From positions 68,042,494-68,106,493 of the forward strand of contig NC_068990.1 in assembly GCF_001194135.2 (NCBI RefSeq): a stretch of 64,000 nt of DNA, in the 5' to 3' direction. The notes under the pieces are model-generated. The model had not been told where the DNA came from and did no database searches. It saw nothing but the letters and a program-made list of their open reading frames with translations. Both the position numbers and the translations under genes were made by a program. Source of the stretch: Octopus bimaculoides. Its lineage: Eukaryota. This document shows, piece after piece, positions 11,521-25,349 of this stretch; position 1 is the stretch's first letter, and each line of letters starts with the position of its first letter.

Positions 11521-11603
11521 TAGCTTACAGCTGTTTGTGGTATAACAAGTAGTGTGTCCTGAGAAGAGTGTCTGTGTAACAGCCCACAGCTTCCTCAGAG
11601 CTA
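11521..11603 (-). ncRNA. Degenerate hammerhead motif (same family as 8434-8514), G12 lost
   Basis: Minus strand: UAGCU-CUGAGGA-AGCUGUGG...CCAC-AAAC-AGCU-GUA|AGCUA. Perfect 5-bp stem I and ACAGCUGU stem III; a 5-nt deletion (AGCUG) would explain loss of both the stem II base and G12. Confidence 0.55.
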
Positions 11604-12120
11604 ATTGAGATGATTACATGACTCCTGTTCTCTTGTCAAACATTAATTAATACCACACACACAAAAGTTCACTGCAGCTTCACTCTAATATCTAAGTATA
11701 TTGAGTTCTAACTACTAGTTATTTATATAAAGCAAAATGATATATATATAATATAGAGAAGCACACTCATGCATATGTGCATATTCATATATTAATGTAT
11801 TAGGCATTACAACTCATCAATGGTAGCATCAACACCATATTACTTGATTGGTTTTTAATTATTTTATTTTTGTTATCAAGTGTCATGCTACAGGGAAATT
11901 ATTTTCATCACTATAGTAATAATAATCCCATAAAATGATACTTCTATCATCAACTTACCCACTCCTACAGCATCTACTACCAACACCATGCCTCTACTCA
12001 TACACCTATACTCTTATGCTACTGATTCATACCAATATACATCTTTTAGATATGTTGGCAGAACCATTTGTTTCCAACAACATCACTATATTACAATTGT
12101 GTTATATGTATGTGTGTATG

Positions 12121-12177
<57 letters not shown>

Positions 12178-12340
12178 GTGTGTGTATACAGACAAACAGA
12201 CAGATATAGATACAGAAATATTTAGATAGATATGTAAAGATGTGTGCGTACGTGTGCACACGGACATGTGTGGTTGTGTATTATATGTATGTGTGTGTGT
12301 TATGTCTGGGCATGGCAATTTTCTTTTTGCTAATTAAACG

Positions 12341-12436
12341 CACACTATAAGTATAACACACTATAAGTATAACAATATCTATACCACACTATAAGTATAA
12401 GAATATCTATAACACTATAAGTATAACAATATCTAT
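12341..12436 (+). repeat. Minisatellite, 4 copies of ACACTATAAGTATAA(CAATATCTAT)
   Basis: Direct tandem copies visible in the sequence. Confidence 0.85.
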
Positions 12437-12525
12437 TTCAACACATATGTTCATGTCAATAATCCTGCAAAACAATTACAAAAATCTGTGTGTGTGTGGG
12501 TGTCTATATATATATATATATTGAT

Positions 12526-12843
12526 GTGGAGGCACATGGCTCAGTGGTTACAGCATCAGGCTCAAAATCATGAGGTCATGAATTCAATTCCTGGTTCAGG
12601 CTGTGTTGTGTTCTTGAGCAAGAAACTTTATTTCACATAGCTCTAATTCACTCAGCTTTAGAAATGAGCTGTGATGTCACTGGTGCCAAGCTGTAGCAGC
12701 GGTATAACGAAGGGAGGTTGGTATGCATGGGCAACTACTGGACTTCTATAAATAACCTTGTCTGGACATGTCCCTGGGAGGGTAACTTTCTAGGTGCAAT
12801 CCCATGGTCATTCGTGACTGATGGTGGGCTCTACCGTTTACTC
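12526..12843 (+). mobile_element. tRNA-derived SINE family D (others 50685-50945 +, 47780-48020 -, 37915-38095 +, 26105-26255 -, 16545-16660 + diverged)
   Basis: A box TGGCTCAGTGG, B-box-like AATTCAATTCC, GTTGTGTTCTTGAGCAAG; 3' part matches 62921-63236. Confidence 0.85.
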
Positions 12844-13023
12844 CTTTACAGATAAACAGACAGACAAATAGATAGATGGATACACACACACATGTATGTG
12901 TCTTATGCCTACATTCAGATTTGCTCAAGCCCTTTAACTGAAAAATCTAACAAATAGAAACTGGTGAAATAAGTAACAGTTAAAAAGAAAATATTGGGGT
13001 AGATATGAACGACAAGCCCTTGT

Positions 13024-13243
13024 CCCTTTAGTATTCAGATTTTTATATCAAATGTAATGCTGTTTTATTTATATTGTTTTTAATTAATTGTGCATTGTCG
13101 CATACTTCCAAGATTTCGATGATGTCATCGTTTATTTTTAGACTGACATTGTAGGGCAGGTGTGAGGAACTACATCTGGCTGTTTTGAACATAAAACAGG
13201 TCAAATATTTGGGCTGGATATAGCCAGTTTAAATGCTAAAGGG
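13024..13243. mobile_element. piggyBac-like MITE
   Basis: Terminal inverted repeats CCCTTTAGTATT / AATGCTAAAGGG; right flank TTCA, read as a decayed TTAA. Confidence 0.65.
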
Positions 13244-13737
13244 TTCACATGATCACAGTCCAATGACTGAAATCTATTAAAAAGAAAAGAAGTATAAAAA
13301 AAAAAATTGGAAAATTAAGCTTGGCTACAATAATAGTAGAGATATTTATGATAAACTTTAGTCTCATTTGCAAGAAATAATTGATTACAACCTTCTTAAT
13401 TTGAATCAGTAATGGGTGATATGAATGGAACAATTAAGAAGTTTATGGAAATGAAGAACAGATGAAGGAAGTTACTATAAAAGAATTTAATACAAAGGTA
13501 TATAATCAGTATCATCATCGTTTTAATGTCCATTATTCCATACTTGTATCGGGCAGATGAGTTTTATTGAAGCAAATTTTCTATAGTCAGATGTCATTTC
13601 TGACTCCAGCCCTCACCTGTTTTCAAGAAAGATAGTATTTCCCAATGGCCAGACATGCTTCCACAGAATACTGGAAATGAATGACACTGCTTGTATAACA
13701 GTGACACTCATTTACAACTATCACTTGATGTCAAGAT

Positions 13738-13870
13738 GCATACATACATACATACATACATACATACATACATACATACATACATACATACGTACGTACG
13801 TACGTACGTACGTACGTACATACATACATACATACATACATACATACATACACACATACATACACACATA
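13738..13870. repeat. Compound (TACA)n-(CGTA)n-(TACA)n microsatellite
   Basis: Seen directly; the (CGTA)n block at 13791-13818 is self-complementary. Confidence 0.95.
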
Positions 13871-14376
13871 CAATAGTGGAAATTAGTTGCCCAGCAGATG
13901 TTAACAGACCAGTGTTAAATAAATAAATACACTGGGCTATTGAGAACTCTGCAGTTACTCTACCTAAGTTACAAGTCCAGGTTTATACCTGTAATTATTG
14001 GGGTACTAGTTTATGTAACACAGCCTGCATACCAATCTTGAGAAAATAGTTTCCTCAAAACCAGAAAGGAGAAAGTTGATTTGAAGACTACAGATCCAAG
14101 CAATCACTGGAACTGTAACAATCTGTAAAACTTTCTAGAAGTTTATCATTTAAGTATATAAGAGCATCTCTGGATATGCAACTATATGCATGAGAATACA
14201 TACATAAAACAAAACATACAAATCCGTACATGATTGACTCCAAATACTGCACATATACACACATGTATACAAAATATCATTGAAATTCCAATTAAAGAGC
14301 TTTGAAGCTAGAAATCAGCTCATTTATTCATTGGCAAGAAATCTTGAAATAAAACTGAATAATTACATATATACAT

Positions 14377-14761
14377 CGAGAGAGAGCTGGCACTCCGTCG
14401 CTTACGATGTCGAGGGTTCCAGTTGATCCGATCAACGGAACAGCCTGCTCGTGAAATTAACGTGCAAGTGGCTGAGCACTCCACAGACACGTGTACCCTT
14501 AACGTAGTTCTTGGGGGATATTCAGCATGACACAGAGTGACAAGGCTGACCCTTTGAATTACAGGCACAACAGAAACAGGAAGTAAGAGAAAGTTGTGGT
14601 GGAAGAGTACAGCAGGGTTCGCCACCATCCCCTGCTGGAGCCTCGTGGAGCTTTAGGTGTTTTCACTCAATAAACACACGCAACGCATGGTCTGAAAATC
14701 GAAACTGTGATCCTATGACCGTGAATCCGCTGCCCTAACCACTGGACCATTGCGCCTCCAC
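14377..14761 (-). mobile_element. Full-length SINE family C
   Basis: Reverse complement of 2336-2723; flanked by ACATATATACAT at 14365-14376 and 14762-14773 (possible TSD, low complexity). Confidence 0.92.
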
Positions 14762-15494
14762 ACATATATACATAAATACATACTTAATATATGATATATT
14801 TCTTTCAGTTTCCACGTACTAAATCAGAAGGCTTTCAACAGCCAATGGCTTTGGTAGAAGACACTTGCCCAAGTTGCCATGTAGTAGAACTGAGCCTGGA
14901 ACCATGTAGCTTAGAAACAATCTTCTTAACCACTCAGCCCCCACCTGCGCCAACTATATATTCATAAATTTGAATATTGATCCCAACATTGAAAGAACCA
15001 TGAAAGAAACTTTAATGAAACTTTGTTAAAGAACTTTATCATTTTCCATAGATGCATACAAACAAAAAGACAAAGCGACAAAAATAAGTAGGTAAATGAA
15101 ATGCATTTTAAATGTGATTGAATAAGTATTTTCCAAAGAAATAGATTGGTAAAACTATATTTCTTTCTTCCTCTTCATTACTTTCACTATTACACTAAAA
15201 CAATGTTCCGTTTCTAATCAACTGATGAATAGTAAATCCATTTCTACTATCTTTTCTTATATTCTGTTAATTTCAAAAAGGATAGAAAAATGAAATGAAA
15301 ATGTATTTCAAAAAGAAATTTAGACAACATATTCTTGATGTCATAGAAACAATTAGTACATTTTTATTATATTAATATATTCAATTAGTACTGCATCTTC
15401 AGGGAACTAATTTGACATGCTAATTTGGTGTTTTTGTGCATAGCCAAGCATACACATATTTAAGTATGCATATATTTAAACACATACACACGCG

Positions 15495-15535
<41 letters not shown>

Positions 15536-15732
15536 GTGTAGAGCAGGCCTGGCTGTGTGGTTGTTGCATTCTTTTGTCAATCATGCAGTTTCAACCTCAG
15601 ACCCACTGCCTGGCATTTTGGGCAAATGTCTTTGACTAAAGATTTGTATGGATTTGGTAGGTAGAAACTGAATAAAGCCCACTGGATATATGTGTGTTTG
15701 TGTGTATGTGTATATATATGTATGTATGTATG

Positions 15733-15771
<39 letters not shown>

Positions 15772-16092
15772 TCAAATCTGAATTAAAAGCAGCTCAAGAG
15801 ATATAAACAATATTGAACATACACAGGCAAAGTATGTCCTTTGCTAGTTCATGGGCAGGCTGTGCTTATAGGTGTAAAAGAATATATTCTCACTAATGCA
15901 CCCAGTGTTAAAACTCCTGGACGCCATAGACAAGTGATATATATATATATGTATANNNNNNNNNNNNNNNNNNNNNNNNNNNNNNNNNNNNNNNNNNNNN
16001 NNNNNNNNNNNNNNNNNNNNNNNNNNNNNNNNNNNNNNNNNNNNNNNNNNNNNNNNNNNNNNNNNNNNNNNNNNNNNNNNNNNNNNNNNNNN

Positions 16093-16140
<48 letters not shown>

Positions 16141-17852
16141 CATCATCATTCTTAAACTTCCATTTTCCATGCTTACACACACATGTATGTGCGTGTGCAT
16201 GTGTGCCTGAGTACCTGTATGCACATGTACTTGTGTGTGTTTGTGACTGTATATCCTTGTCTCGTCATCATGCAGCATTGTAAACAAGCATTACTCTCAT
16301 GCATACAGTGTCGCTCATTTTCAGTCTTCTGTGAAAATTTACCCAGCCACGAAATGTACTACTTTGTATGGAAATAGGTTAGGATTGATGACCAGAAAGA
16401 CATCAGGTAGTAGAATATCTGCATTGATATATATTGTCTGACCCTTGCAAGCAAGGAAAATGGACATTAAAATGATGTTGATGATGATGTGCACAGAAAC
16501 ATGTATACACATTGATATGTAGATCTGCACATATGGGAGAACCCTGAGTTAAGGTACTCATATTAGAATCATAACATTGTAGATCCAATACCTGAAGTGG
16601 GCAGCACATTGTGTTCTTCAGCAAGGAACTTCATTTCAGATTACACCTCTCCACTGCTGGAAACTGAGAAATATCCTACTTTTGGTGTAGCCTTTTCTCC
16701 CTCCAGCTACTGCATCTTGGATGCCCCACTGAGCGAAGAGTGCAAGGACTGAGAACATGCCTGTGTTTGTGACTAAGTGAGTACAATAAACAATCAGCAC
16801 AAAGCTGGTACATGAAACCAAAATATATGTCATTTGTGAGCAATGCATATAGCTAGTTAATGTGTGTACCAGTCTCCAAGAGCTTTGACTTGATTCAGTG
16901 TTAAGCATTGGAAGTCATCAAAATCTGTTTAAACAGCAGTGTAATTTCATAAGTGAAGATTAACTTCAGAGTGACCGCCTTTGCATGAAGTTGGAATCCA
17001 TATGTAACAATAGATAAAAAAGCAGTGAAGTATTTACCATATTTGAAGCAATTTTTTCTCACAAAATGTCTCAAGAATATCACCCTGGATCCTATATGTG
17101 AATTTGAGCAACTTATAAACTTTAATAATTTTAAAATTTCTTTTTCTGAATATGTACTGCTGATCCTGAGACACATCTAATACCCCTGAGCATCTTCTAT
17201 GTCATCAAATATGGTGGATATCTTTTCATGAGAACCAAGAAAGCAATGAAAAATATAACCTTGAAACATTGCCTACCGCACTGTTTAAAACATTTCGTTA
17301 ACAGCTTACATAAAATATTTTGAAATTCAAATGTGATTATTGAAAGACATAAAACTGAGAGTACAGGAAGTTTTGAGCCATGCAGTAAACATATCTTAAT
17401 GAATAGTCAGCTGTTCAACTGCAGCAGTTGTTTACGACTATCACATGGTGTTAGACAATGAAACAAACGCACACAAACATATGTGTATGCTTTTATATAT
17501 CTATATATTCACACATGCGCTTATTTTGTATGTAAATCACACATACACACACATACACATGCACAAAGGAATTCTGTAATTTTCAGTCTACTAAATCCAT
17601 TCATAAGGCTTTGGTCAGCCAAAAATTCCATACAAGAGAAGTGAAACTGAAACTCTGGGGTTCAGAAGCAAACTTCTTAACCACACAACCATGAATGTGT
17701 GTGTGTGTGTGTGCATGTGCACACACATACTCATGTCTATAAATAAGCATAGACAAACACACAACACTCAAATATATATAAATATATTTATACTGTGTCT
17801 ATGACAGTGTGTATATGTTTGCACATATACCCAACTCTCTCCCTATATATAT

Positions 17853-17904
<52 letters not shown>

Positions 17905-18170
17905 CATATATATGTATGTATTACCATATATGCACTTCAATAAGATGAATGGTTTTCATGCAGAACTAGAAATTAAAATGAAAATTAATATTCACAATCT
18001 AATGGGTGTTTGCTGTTTTAATGGAACTTTTGCCTGCAATATTTACAAGAATATAATTAAGTGTAACATACATTATCTAGCTTATATTCTGAAGGTACAG
18101 TCATCAGCTTGTGAGTAAATGCATATGCATATATATGCAGATATATTAGTGTGTGAGTGAGTGAATGAGA

Positions 18171-18216
<46 letters not shown>

Positions 18217-18511
18217 GAGAGTAAATCCTAAAAAGAAAAGACAAACAACATTCCTCTGGTGTATGCTATCATCAGCAAATATGTTTTTAAGCCCTCCTAC
18301 ATACCATAGCAAAGATGGATCTGCATGCTAAAATACAGTTTTCTTTATATAATTCTGGATATTTCTAGACCAGTGATACTCAATCATCTTTTTACATTTG
18401 GATAACCATGATTCTTATTTTACTCTACTGGACCTCCATAGCCATTTGCTGTATATAAAAAATTCTGCTGTGTTTTTATAATGAAATATCATTAGGAATA
18501 ATGTAAAAAGA

Positions 18512-18878
18512 GGCTTGTATGGTAAGAAACTTGCTTCCTAACTACATGATTCTGGGTTCAATCCCACTGCTTGGCACCTTGGGCGAGTGTCTTGTACTTT
18601 AGCTTCAAGTCGACCAAAACTTTGTGAGTGGACTTGGTAGACAGAAACTGAAAGAAGCCCATTGTATATATAGTATATGTATATATCTGTGTGTGTCTGT
18701 GTTTGACCCCCTTTCGTTGCTTGACAACTGGTATTGGTGTGTTTACATCCCCATAGCTTAGTAAAGAGACCAATAAAATAAGTACTAGGCTTAAGAAATA
18801 AGTCCTGAGGTTGATCTGTTCAACTAAAAACCCTTCAAAGTGGTTCTCCTGCATGGCCACAGTCAAATGACTCAAGTA
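18512..18878 (+). mobile_element. SINE family B, full length (others 31618-32135 -, 38195-38460 -, 45021-45433 -, 51575-51880 -)
   Basis: Colinear with 9849-10235. Confidence 0.88.
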
Positions 18879-20979
18879 AGGGAAAATAATACTGTAGAAG
18901 TATAAGCAATTTATCACACATAAGTTTGAACAAAATTTGATATGGAACCCTAAGTGTCATACAGACACCAACTGAGAACCATTGTTCTAAACCCTTACCA
19001 ATTATACAACTCCACCCTATCACCTTTTCTACTCTTATCATTCCTTTTCTCAACCTTGCTACCAATTACTTCCTTCTTCCCTATTGTCTGAAATATATAC
19101 TTCAATTCTCTCTCTCTCTCTCTCTCTCTCACTTAGCAACCTTCATCTTACTGCCTAAGATAATTGTCCATTTTCTCTTCTAACACCCCTCAGTTGTAGG
19201 AGTCACTTTAGGGCCTTAGGCTCAAAAACTACAAGGTACACAAAGGCAAACAAAGCAAAATAAAAAAAACTTCAGTCACTCTCTACAGTGGTTGGCATCA
19301 GGAATGGTTTTCAGCCATAGAAACCATGCTCAAGTAAGCATAGGTGTTTGTTTCAGTCTTCTAGATCACCAGCTCCTATCAAGCTGTCCAACCCACGCTA
19401 TCACGGAAAATGGACGTTAGATGAGGATGGTGATGATGATGATGATGGGGATGATAATTTTTCCTTTGGATTTTCTTTTTCTTTTTTTTTTTTGTTTTGT
19501 AATAATTCACATTTTATTATGCATTTCAATGAACTTTATTAAATCTTCAACAAATGAAACAGCATCGCTATCTCAATTTCCATTTTTCTCTCCTTTGGTT
19601 GTTTCCATATAACACTAAAGGTTTTGGTGTCTAATTAAAGGAACAATTATTACAAACACTTTGACAAATGCAAAACCTATTGATTCTCTTCGCAATTTAA
19701 TCTTTTAACCTTACAGCCTTCATTCTTATAGCATCTTCAGAAATATCTGCTGGTTCAATAACTCACCACGCCAATATTTCTCACTCCCACCCCACTCTCA
19801 GACACACAATCTTCTCCTACCCCCACCCACCCACAATGGCCTGCTTTTGTTTATCCATTGCAGTGACCACTGGTAATAGTGGAGCCAGTTGTGGGTAACA
19901 TCAAACCATAATGGCATTTAATCAAACCTGTGTGCCAGAGTAAGACAATGGTTAGTGTTGGTGGTCATTGGGAGAGGCTGTCACTTTCAAATTACACCAG
20001 AATGGATATTTCTATTCTTTGTATTCTTCTCCATAGGAAAGTATGAAGAGACAGAAAAGGAGAGAGAGATAGATAGAGAGTGAGAGAGAAAGGAGGAATT
20101 GAGTGGGGAAAGAAGAGAGGGAGAAGAAGGGAGGGTTAGGATGCTAAAACTAAATCATTTATCATTATGGCTGAAATGGTACTGGCAGGTTTCAAAAGAG
20201 ATATATATATATATACATATATATACATGCATACATACACACACATTTATGCCCATATATCTATTTATCTCTATATCCATCCATCCACCCATACATACAT
20301 ACATACATACATACATACATACATACACACAAACATAGATTTACATACATATGTACACACTTATATTTGTACATCTTCATGTTTATGCATGAATGTGTGT
20401 GCATGTGCAAGAAGAAATGTTAAATACTTCCCATTACTGGCCACATTAGATGCTTCAGTATTATCATACCTTCACTTCTTTATCTTTTCTCACAGGATTG
20501 ATCTTCCATCCATTCACTATATTTCATTCAATCTTTCATCTATTTATTGTCTCATTAATTTAAGCCTTCCTTCATCGTATCAATATATTTCACTTAATGT
20601 TTCATTCATTCTTTTATTCAACTTCTTTCAATATTCATTCTAATATTGTTCACTCAGGAATTTCTGTATTTATTTTAATTATTTTCATTCATTTGTTATT
20701 TTCAATTTCATTCAATAACACCAGAAATTTGCTAACAGCAATTTCAAATTCTATTGATGCCATATATATATATATTTATGTAATTACTGGTACTTAGGAC
20801 ATGAAACAATAGCTAAAATGAACGACTAAATATTCCTGAAGAAACACAATAGTAATAGGCTGTTCAGGTTGAAATTTCAATCAATAATATATATATAGAT
20901 AGATCTGAAATTTGGCAATTAATGTAAGCATCAAACTCATAAATATGTATTAATAAATATATTAATAATTAAACACTCG

Positions 20980-21520
20980 GTGTACACAACTGAAACAGCA
21001 TCTAATTAAAACAGCTATCTATGTATTGTATTTAAAGTACATACACTGTTGACAGGTATGATGCTATGCTTTTTCTCTGAGAGAAAATCTGTCTCCAGAA
21101 ACCTGATGCAATCCATGCCAGTATAGTAAAAGTGGATGTAAAAGCTGTGATGACAATGACAACATATACATTAGTTATCAATATAGCCATTTATGTATTA
21201 TACTTAACATATATACATTTTTGACAGGCATGAGGCTGTGGTTTTCATTTGAGAGCAAAAAAATCTCTGTATAAAACCACAATATATATCAGAGCAAGAT
21301 GAAAATCATCTCAGCATTAGAATTCCAGACATGGTTCAGCTTCCTTGAGCCCTGTTAATGATGTATAATTGATAGTATGATGTATAATTGATGGTGAACT
21401 GATATTGCAGAAAGCCAGTAAGATGAATTAGAAATTCAGTGTAAGCAACAGAAACAGTATTTACTTTAAATAGCCATCTATGTATCATACTTAATGTATA
21501 TATACCCTTGACAAGCATAT
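20980..21520 (+). repeat. Three dispersed direct copies of a 50-85 bp motif
   Basis: A(C/T)AGC(T/C)AT(C/T)TATGTAT..TA(C/T)TTAA..TA(C/T)ATAC...TTGACA(G/A)G at 21011-21061, 21183-21233, 21470-21520. Confidence 0.75.
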
Positions 21521-24159
21521 GATCATGTGAATAGGCATGTACATATGGCTGTGTCTCCTTGTTTAGATATCATGTGACTATTATAAATGATTGTCACTGT
21601 CATACAAGCAGTGTCATTCATTGCCAATATTCTGAGAAAACATGTCTGGCCATGGGGAAATATTACCTTGCTTGGAAACAGGAGAGGGTTGGAGACAGGA
21701 GGTGCACCAAGCCATAGGAAGTAAAAACAGTCTGACCTATACAAGCATAGAAATATGGACACTGAAATGATGATGATGATGATGAGTTTAAAATCACAGA
21801 GCCAGAAAAAAACAGTTTTTTTAAAAACAAGACTGCAAATATTTTATACCAGAAATTACCAAAATGAGTGTTCAATGCTACATACATAATAAAAGTAACT
21901 GAATTAATAAATATAAAGAACTTTTAACTAAACCAAAATTTGTATTTTATCAAATTCCAAGCTAAAATTGAAAACTTAATTTCAACATTGTTTTCTGTGT
22001 TTTTCTGTCATATTGTGAGATTATGTCATCATCAAAGTAGTCTTTTATCTGAATAAATAATATGAACTAATGGTGTCGGTAAATGTTAGACGTACACATG
22101 CAGCAGAATTCATTAAAAACAAGTTTCTTCTATCACACCACAGAGGAAAAATGGGAAAATCTCGACAGCCATTGCTTCAAAGACCATGCTTTGATGACCG
22201 CTATCTCATGCTTATATTTCTATGCTTTCAGACTATATTTTCCATCAAAAGAGAGTGAAAAAATGGATGAATAATTGTAATGAAGGGAGAAAAAAAGATC
22301 AATGATACCATTTATTGTATTAATATTTGCTTTTTCCTAGTTGTATATTTTATTTTTATTCTTGTTCTTTTAGCAACAGAATTACAAATTGCTGTTTGCA
22401 CACACTTTAAACCTAGCCAATAAATTACATTTATACTACATTAATATTTTAGCTTAATACATACAGCAATAATGGTTTCTTAATAAAGCATGAAGTTTTA
22501 AAATCATGAGATAAGGCATGAATGAAAAACTATAGTGCTTGAGTCTTTCCCAAAGGCACCATAACAGCAACTGAAGTCAGTTGTTCCAACTAGGTGCTGC
22601 TTTTTCCAACTAGTAATCAACATTGAAAAGCAAATTTAATTTTCATGGAACTTAGTTCCAACACACAGTGATAATATCAATCTAGTTTGGTTTCTAACTG
22701 GGTTATATATTTATAGAAGAAAAGAAATGAAATATTTTGGTAGGAAGTGGACTGATCACAGAAGAATCACCTCTAAATGTAACAGTATTTGCTTGCTCAT
22801 TCTCCTGGGGTTGAGTTCTTTGATTAAAAACCCTTTAAGGCAGTGCTCCAGCATGTCAAAATGACTGAAATAAGTAAAAGAATAAGAACAACATTATTTA
22901 TTTACAACATATGTCTAAAGTATGACAAGGAAGCAAAAAGTGTTTCTCATCAAATTTTTGTTTTTTAGGTTAGTCTCTAAAATGGAAAAAAAATATTCAA
23001 TGGTCAAAGACAATTAGGTGTCAGTTATTTAGATGAAGAATTTTGAGTTGTAGGGTACTATGGTGATGCATTAAATCTTCATACTTCACTTACCTGGCAA
23101 TAATGCATAAGAATATGGTAGGAAAAGCAGAAGAACCAGGTGTTTAACACCACTGATTTGAAACCTTTTTGAGACAAGAATAGCTTCTAATAAATGTATT
23201 CTCCATGTATGCTTCATATTAGCATTGCATCACAACCATATCAAAGAATAACTTGGTCTGTATAACTTATTCTATCCTCCTCTAGCTTAATTTCTTCACA
23301 AACGTGTTAGAATGACAGCAACCATTAATTCTAACCCCTTCTTGTCTTTAACGTACTCAATCTCCTCAACCACAAATGGTTTATAGTAAAATCCCTATAA
23401 ATAAAAGCCAAAATTTAAGAAACAACACAAAGCAAAACTAAAAAATGATGTCTTACTGAATCAAAGTTTCTTTAAATCTCTGAGGGTTTTATCACCATTA
23501 AGCCAGTTGGAATCACAATCACCCTATTAGCGCTAACATCCTTTATAACAATAGCAACAACAATACCATCAACATTACCAAGTCTGTTATTTTCTAGGGA
23601 AGAAAATTTATTTTGCCACCCATAAATAAAACAGCTGAATCTCTTAGCATTTTCTTAGCAGATATTTCACATAAATTGTTGAAATTTATTGTAAACTCGG
23701 TATACTTACTTAAGGCACGTTAACCCTTTTACAGGAATTTAAAAAATAGTAAAGATGTTAAACAAAAAATAACAAAAATACAATTATACATTGTCATGAT
23801 TTAGTGTGTGAGATGGGGAGTTGTGGAATGTTAAAGAAGACAAAAGAAAAAAGAAAACCCCGGAATAGAAGGCATGCAGTCTTTTAAAAAGAGAAGCAAA
23901 AATGCCATTTACCAAATCCACAGATTTTTTCACTTAATGGTTGATAAATATGTGAACTTTATAGAGGCATGTATACAATTTTTGCATGGACAGAAATCTA
24001 CTGTAGATATGCATAAGCTTAAACTATCATTTTGAAGGAATAGGACAGCTTTCTGACTTATACTTGATCTTTAAATCACCATGACAACTGAAGAAATGCT
24101 ATGTGGGGAGTGGGGAGTGGGGAGCAAATGAAATATGGAACTAAAATGAAGGAGTTCAA

Positions 24160-24560
24160 ACCTGCCACTGACATAGTATGATGATGGAAGCAAGAAATGG
24201 AATAAAAAAAGAGAAAGAGGAAGGAGAGAGAAGGTGAAAGAGCATGAATAAGATAAGAGAGAGAGCCAAAATGAAAAAGAGATGAAAATAAGAGAACAGA
24301 GATAAAAGTAAAAGAAAGAGAAAAGCAGAAGAAGAAATGGAAGAGAAAAGAATAGCGAAAGAGGTGATGAGAGACAAAGGGAAAGGTTAAACGGGAGAGA
24401 ATGATAGAGAGAGGAGGAGGAATAGGAGAAAGGTAGAAAGAAAGACTAAACAAAAAGCAGATAAATAATTAAAAAAAAAACATTAGAAGGAAAAAGAAGT
24501 AGAGAAAGAAGAAAAGTGAATGAGAAAGAAGGAAGAGGAAAATGTAGGGAGTACAGGAAT
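24160..24560 (+). repeat. Polypurine (GA-rich) low-complexity tract
   Basis: Mostly A/G over ~400 bp; the overlapping Phe/Leu/Ser-rich ORFs are artefacts. Confidence 0.85.
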
Positions 24561-25082
24561 GAATAATTGAAAAGGCCAGTTTTTTTTTTTTAGATTTGTC
24601 TATGAGGTAATATTGATGTTTATCTTTGTTAATAAAGTTTGACTTGTTGACTCTCACTGACCAGAGTAAACATAAATGTGCAATGAGTTGGTCAAAGGTC
24701 AAAGAAGATATTTAAAGAGTGAAGCTTTATAAGTCAGGTAGATGGAGTATATAATGTTATTTATATGATGAACTTGCACCCTGGATCAGCATCTTTAAGA
24801 AGGAGGAGTTGATGTGATGAAAGAATAAAAGGGTGTGTGAATGAAAATAGAAGTGTAGGATGAATGAGAGAAAAAGGAATGTGTTTGGGACAAAATACAA
24901 TAATTTACAAGAGAAAGGGAAGCATACATAGGAAAAACAGAGAATGTACACACTGTCATGTAAATATTTAGATATGATTGCAATTTAAGTTAGGTTCCAT
25001 TTGTGTTTGGTCAACTCTGTTCCTTGGTATATCAGTTCAGTGTTTTGAGAAAGAGAAGTAATAGAAATTGTAGCTAATTTAA

Positions 25083-25300
25083 CCACTTTGATACCAACCC
25101 GCCTGAAACTGCCTCTGGCAGTACAAATGTCTCTTCTTTTCAAAAGTTCTGCATTAAAATCTTCCACCAAACCTTAGTTGCAATTTATGTTACTAACACT
25201 AGCTTAATGGTAACTAAGTTATTTTACTAAATCTCTGTTATATTTAAAATTAATTGAAAGAAACACAGAGTATCTCAACAGAAATATGGTAACGAAAGAG
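25083..25300. mobile_element. piggyBac-like MITE with TTAA TSD
   Basis: TTAA at 25079-25082 and 25301-25304; imperfect TIRs CCACTTTGATACC / GGTAACGAAAGAG. Confidence 0.7.
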
Positions 25301-25311
25301 TTAATAAGTGA

Positions 25312-25349
<38 letters not shown>

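Noticed and set aside
15222-15260. CTGATGA followed by a perfect ATAGTA/TACTAT stem
   Set aside because: No GAAA follows the stem, so it is not a hammerhead.
16580-16752. Protein-like frame DPIPEVGSTLCSS... and apparent splice sites
   Set aside because: The 5' part is a diverged SINE D head; the frame is incidental.
16940-17260. Vague piggyBac-like peptide fragments (HPGSY..EQL, KYG)
   Set aside because: The fragments are in inconsistent frames with no TIR or TTAA; not supportable.
19709-19743. Minus-strand CUGAAGA-UGCUAUAAGAAU-GAAGGCUGUA|AGG
   Set aside because: It needs a 2-nt deletion and several substitutions to fit; too degenerate to call, though possibly a relic.
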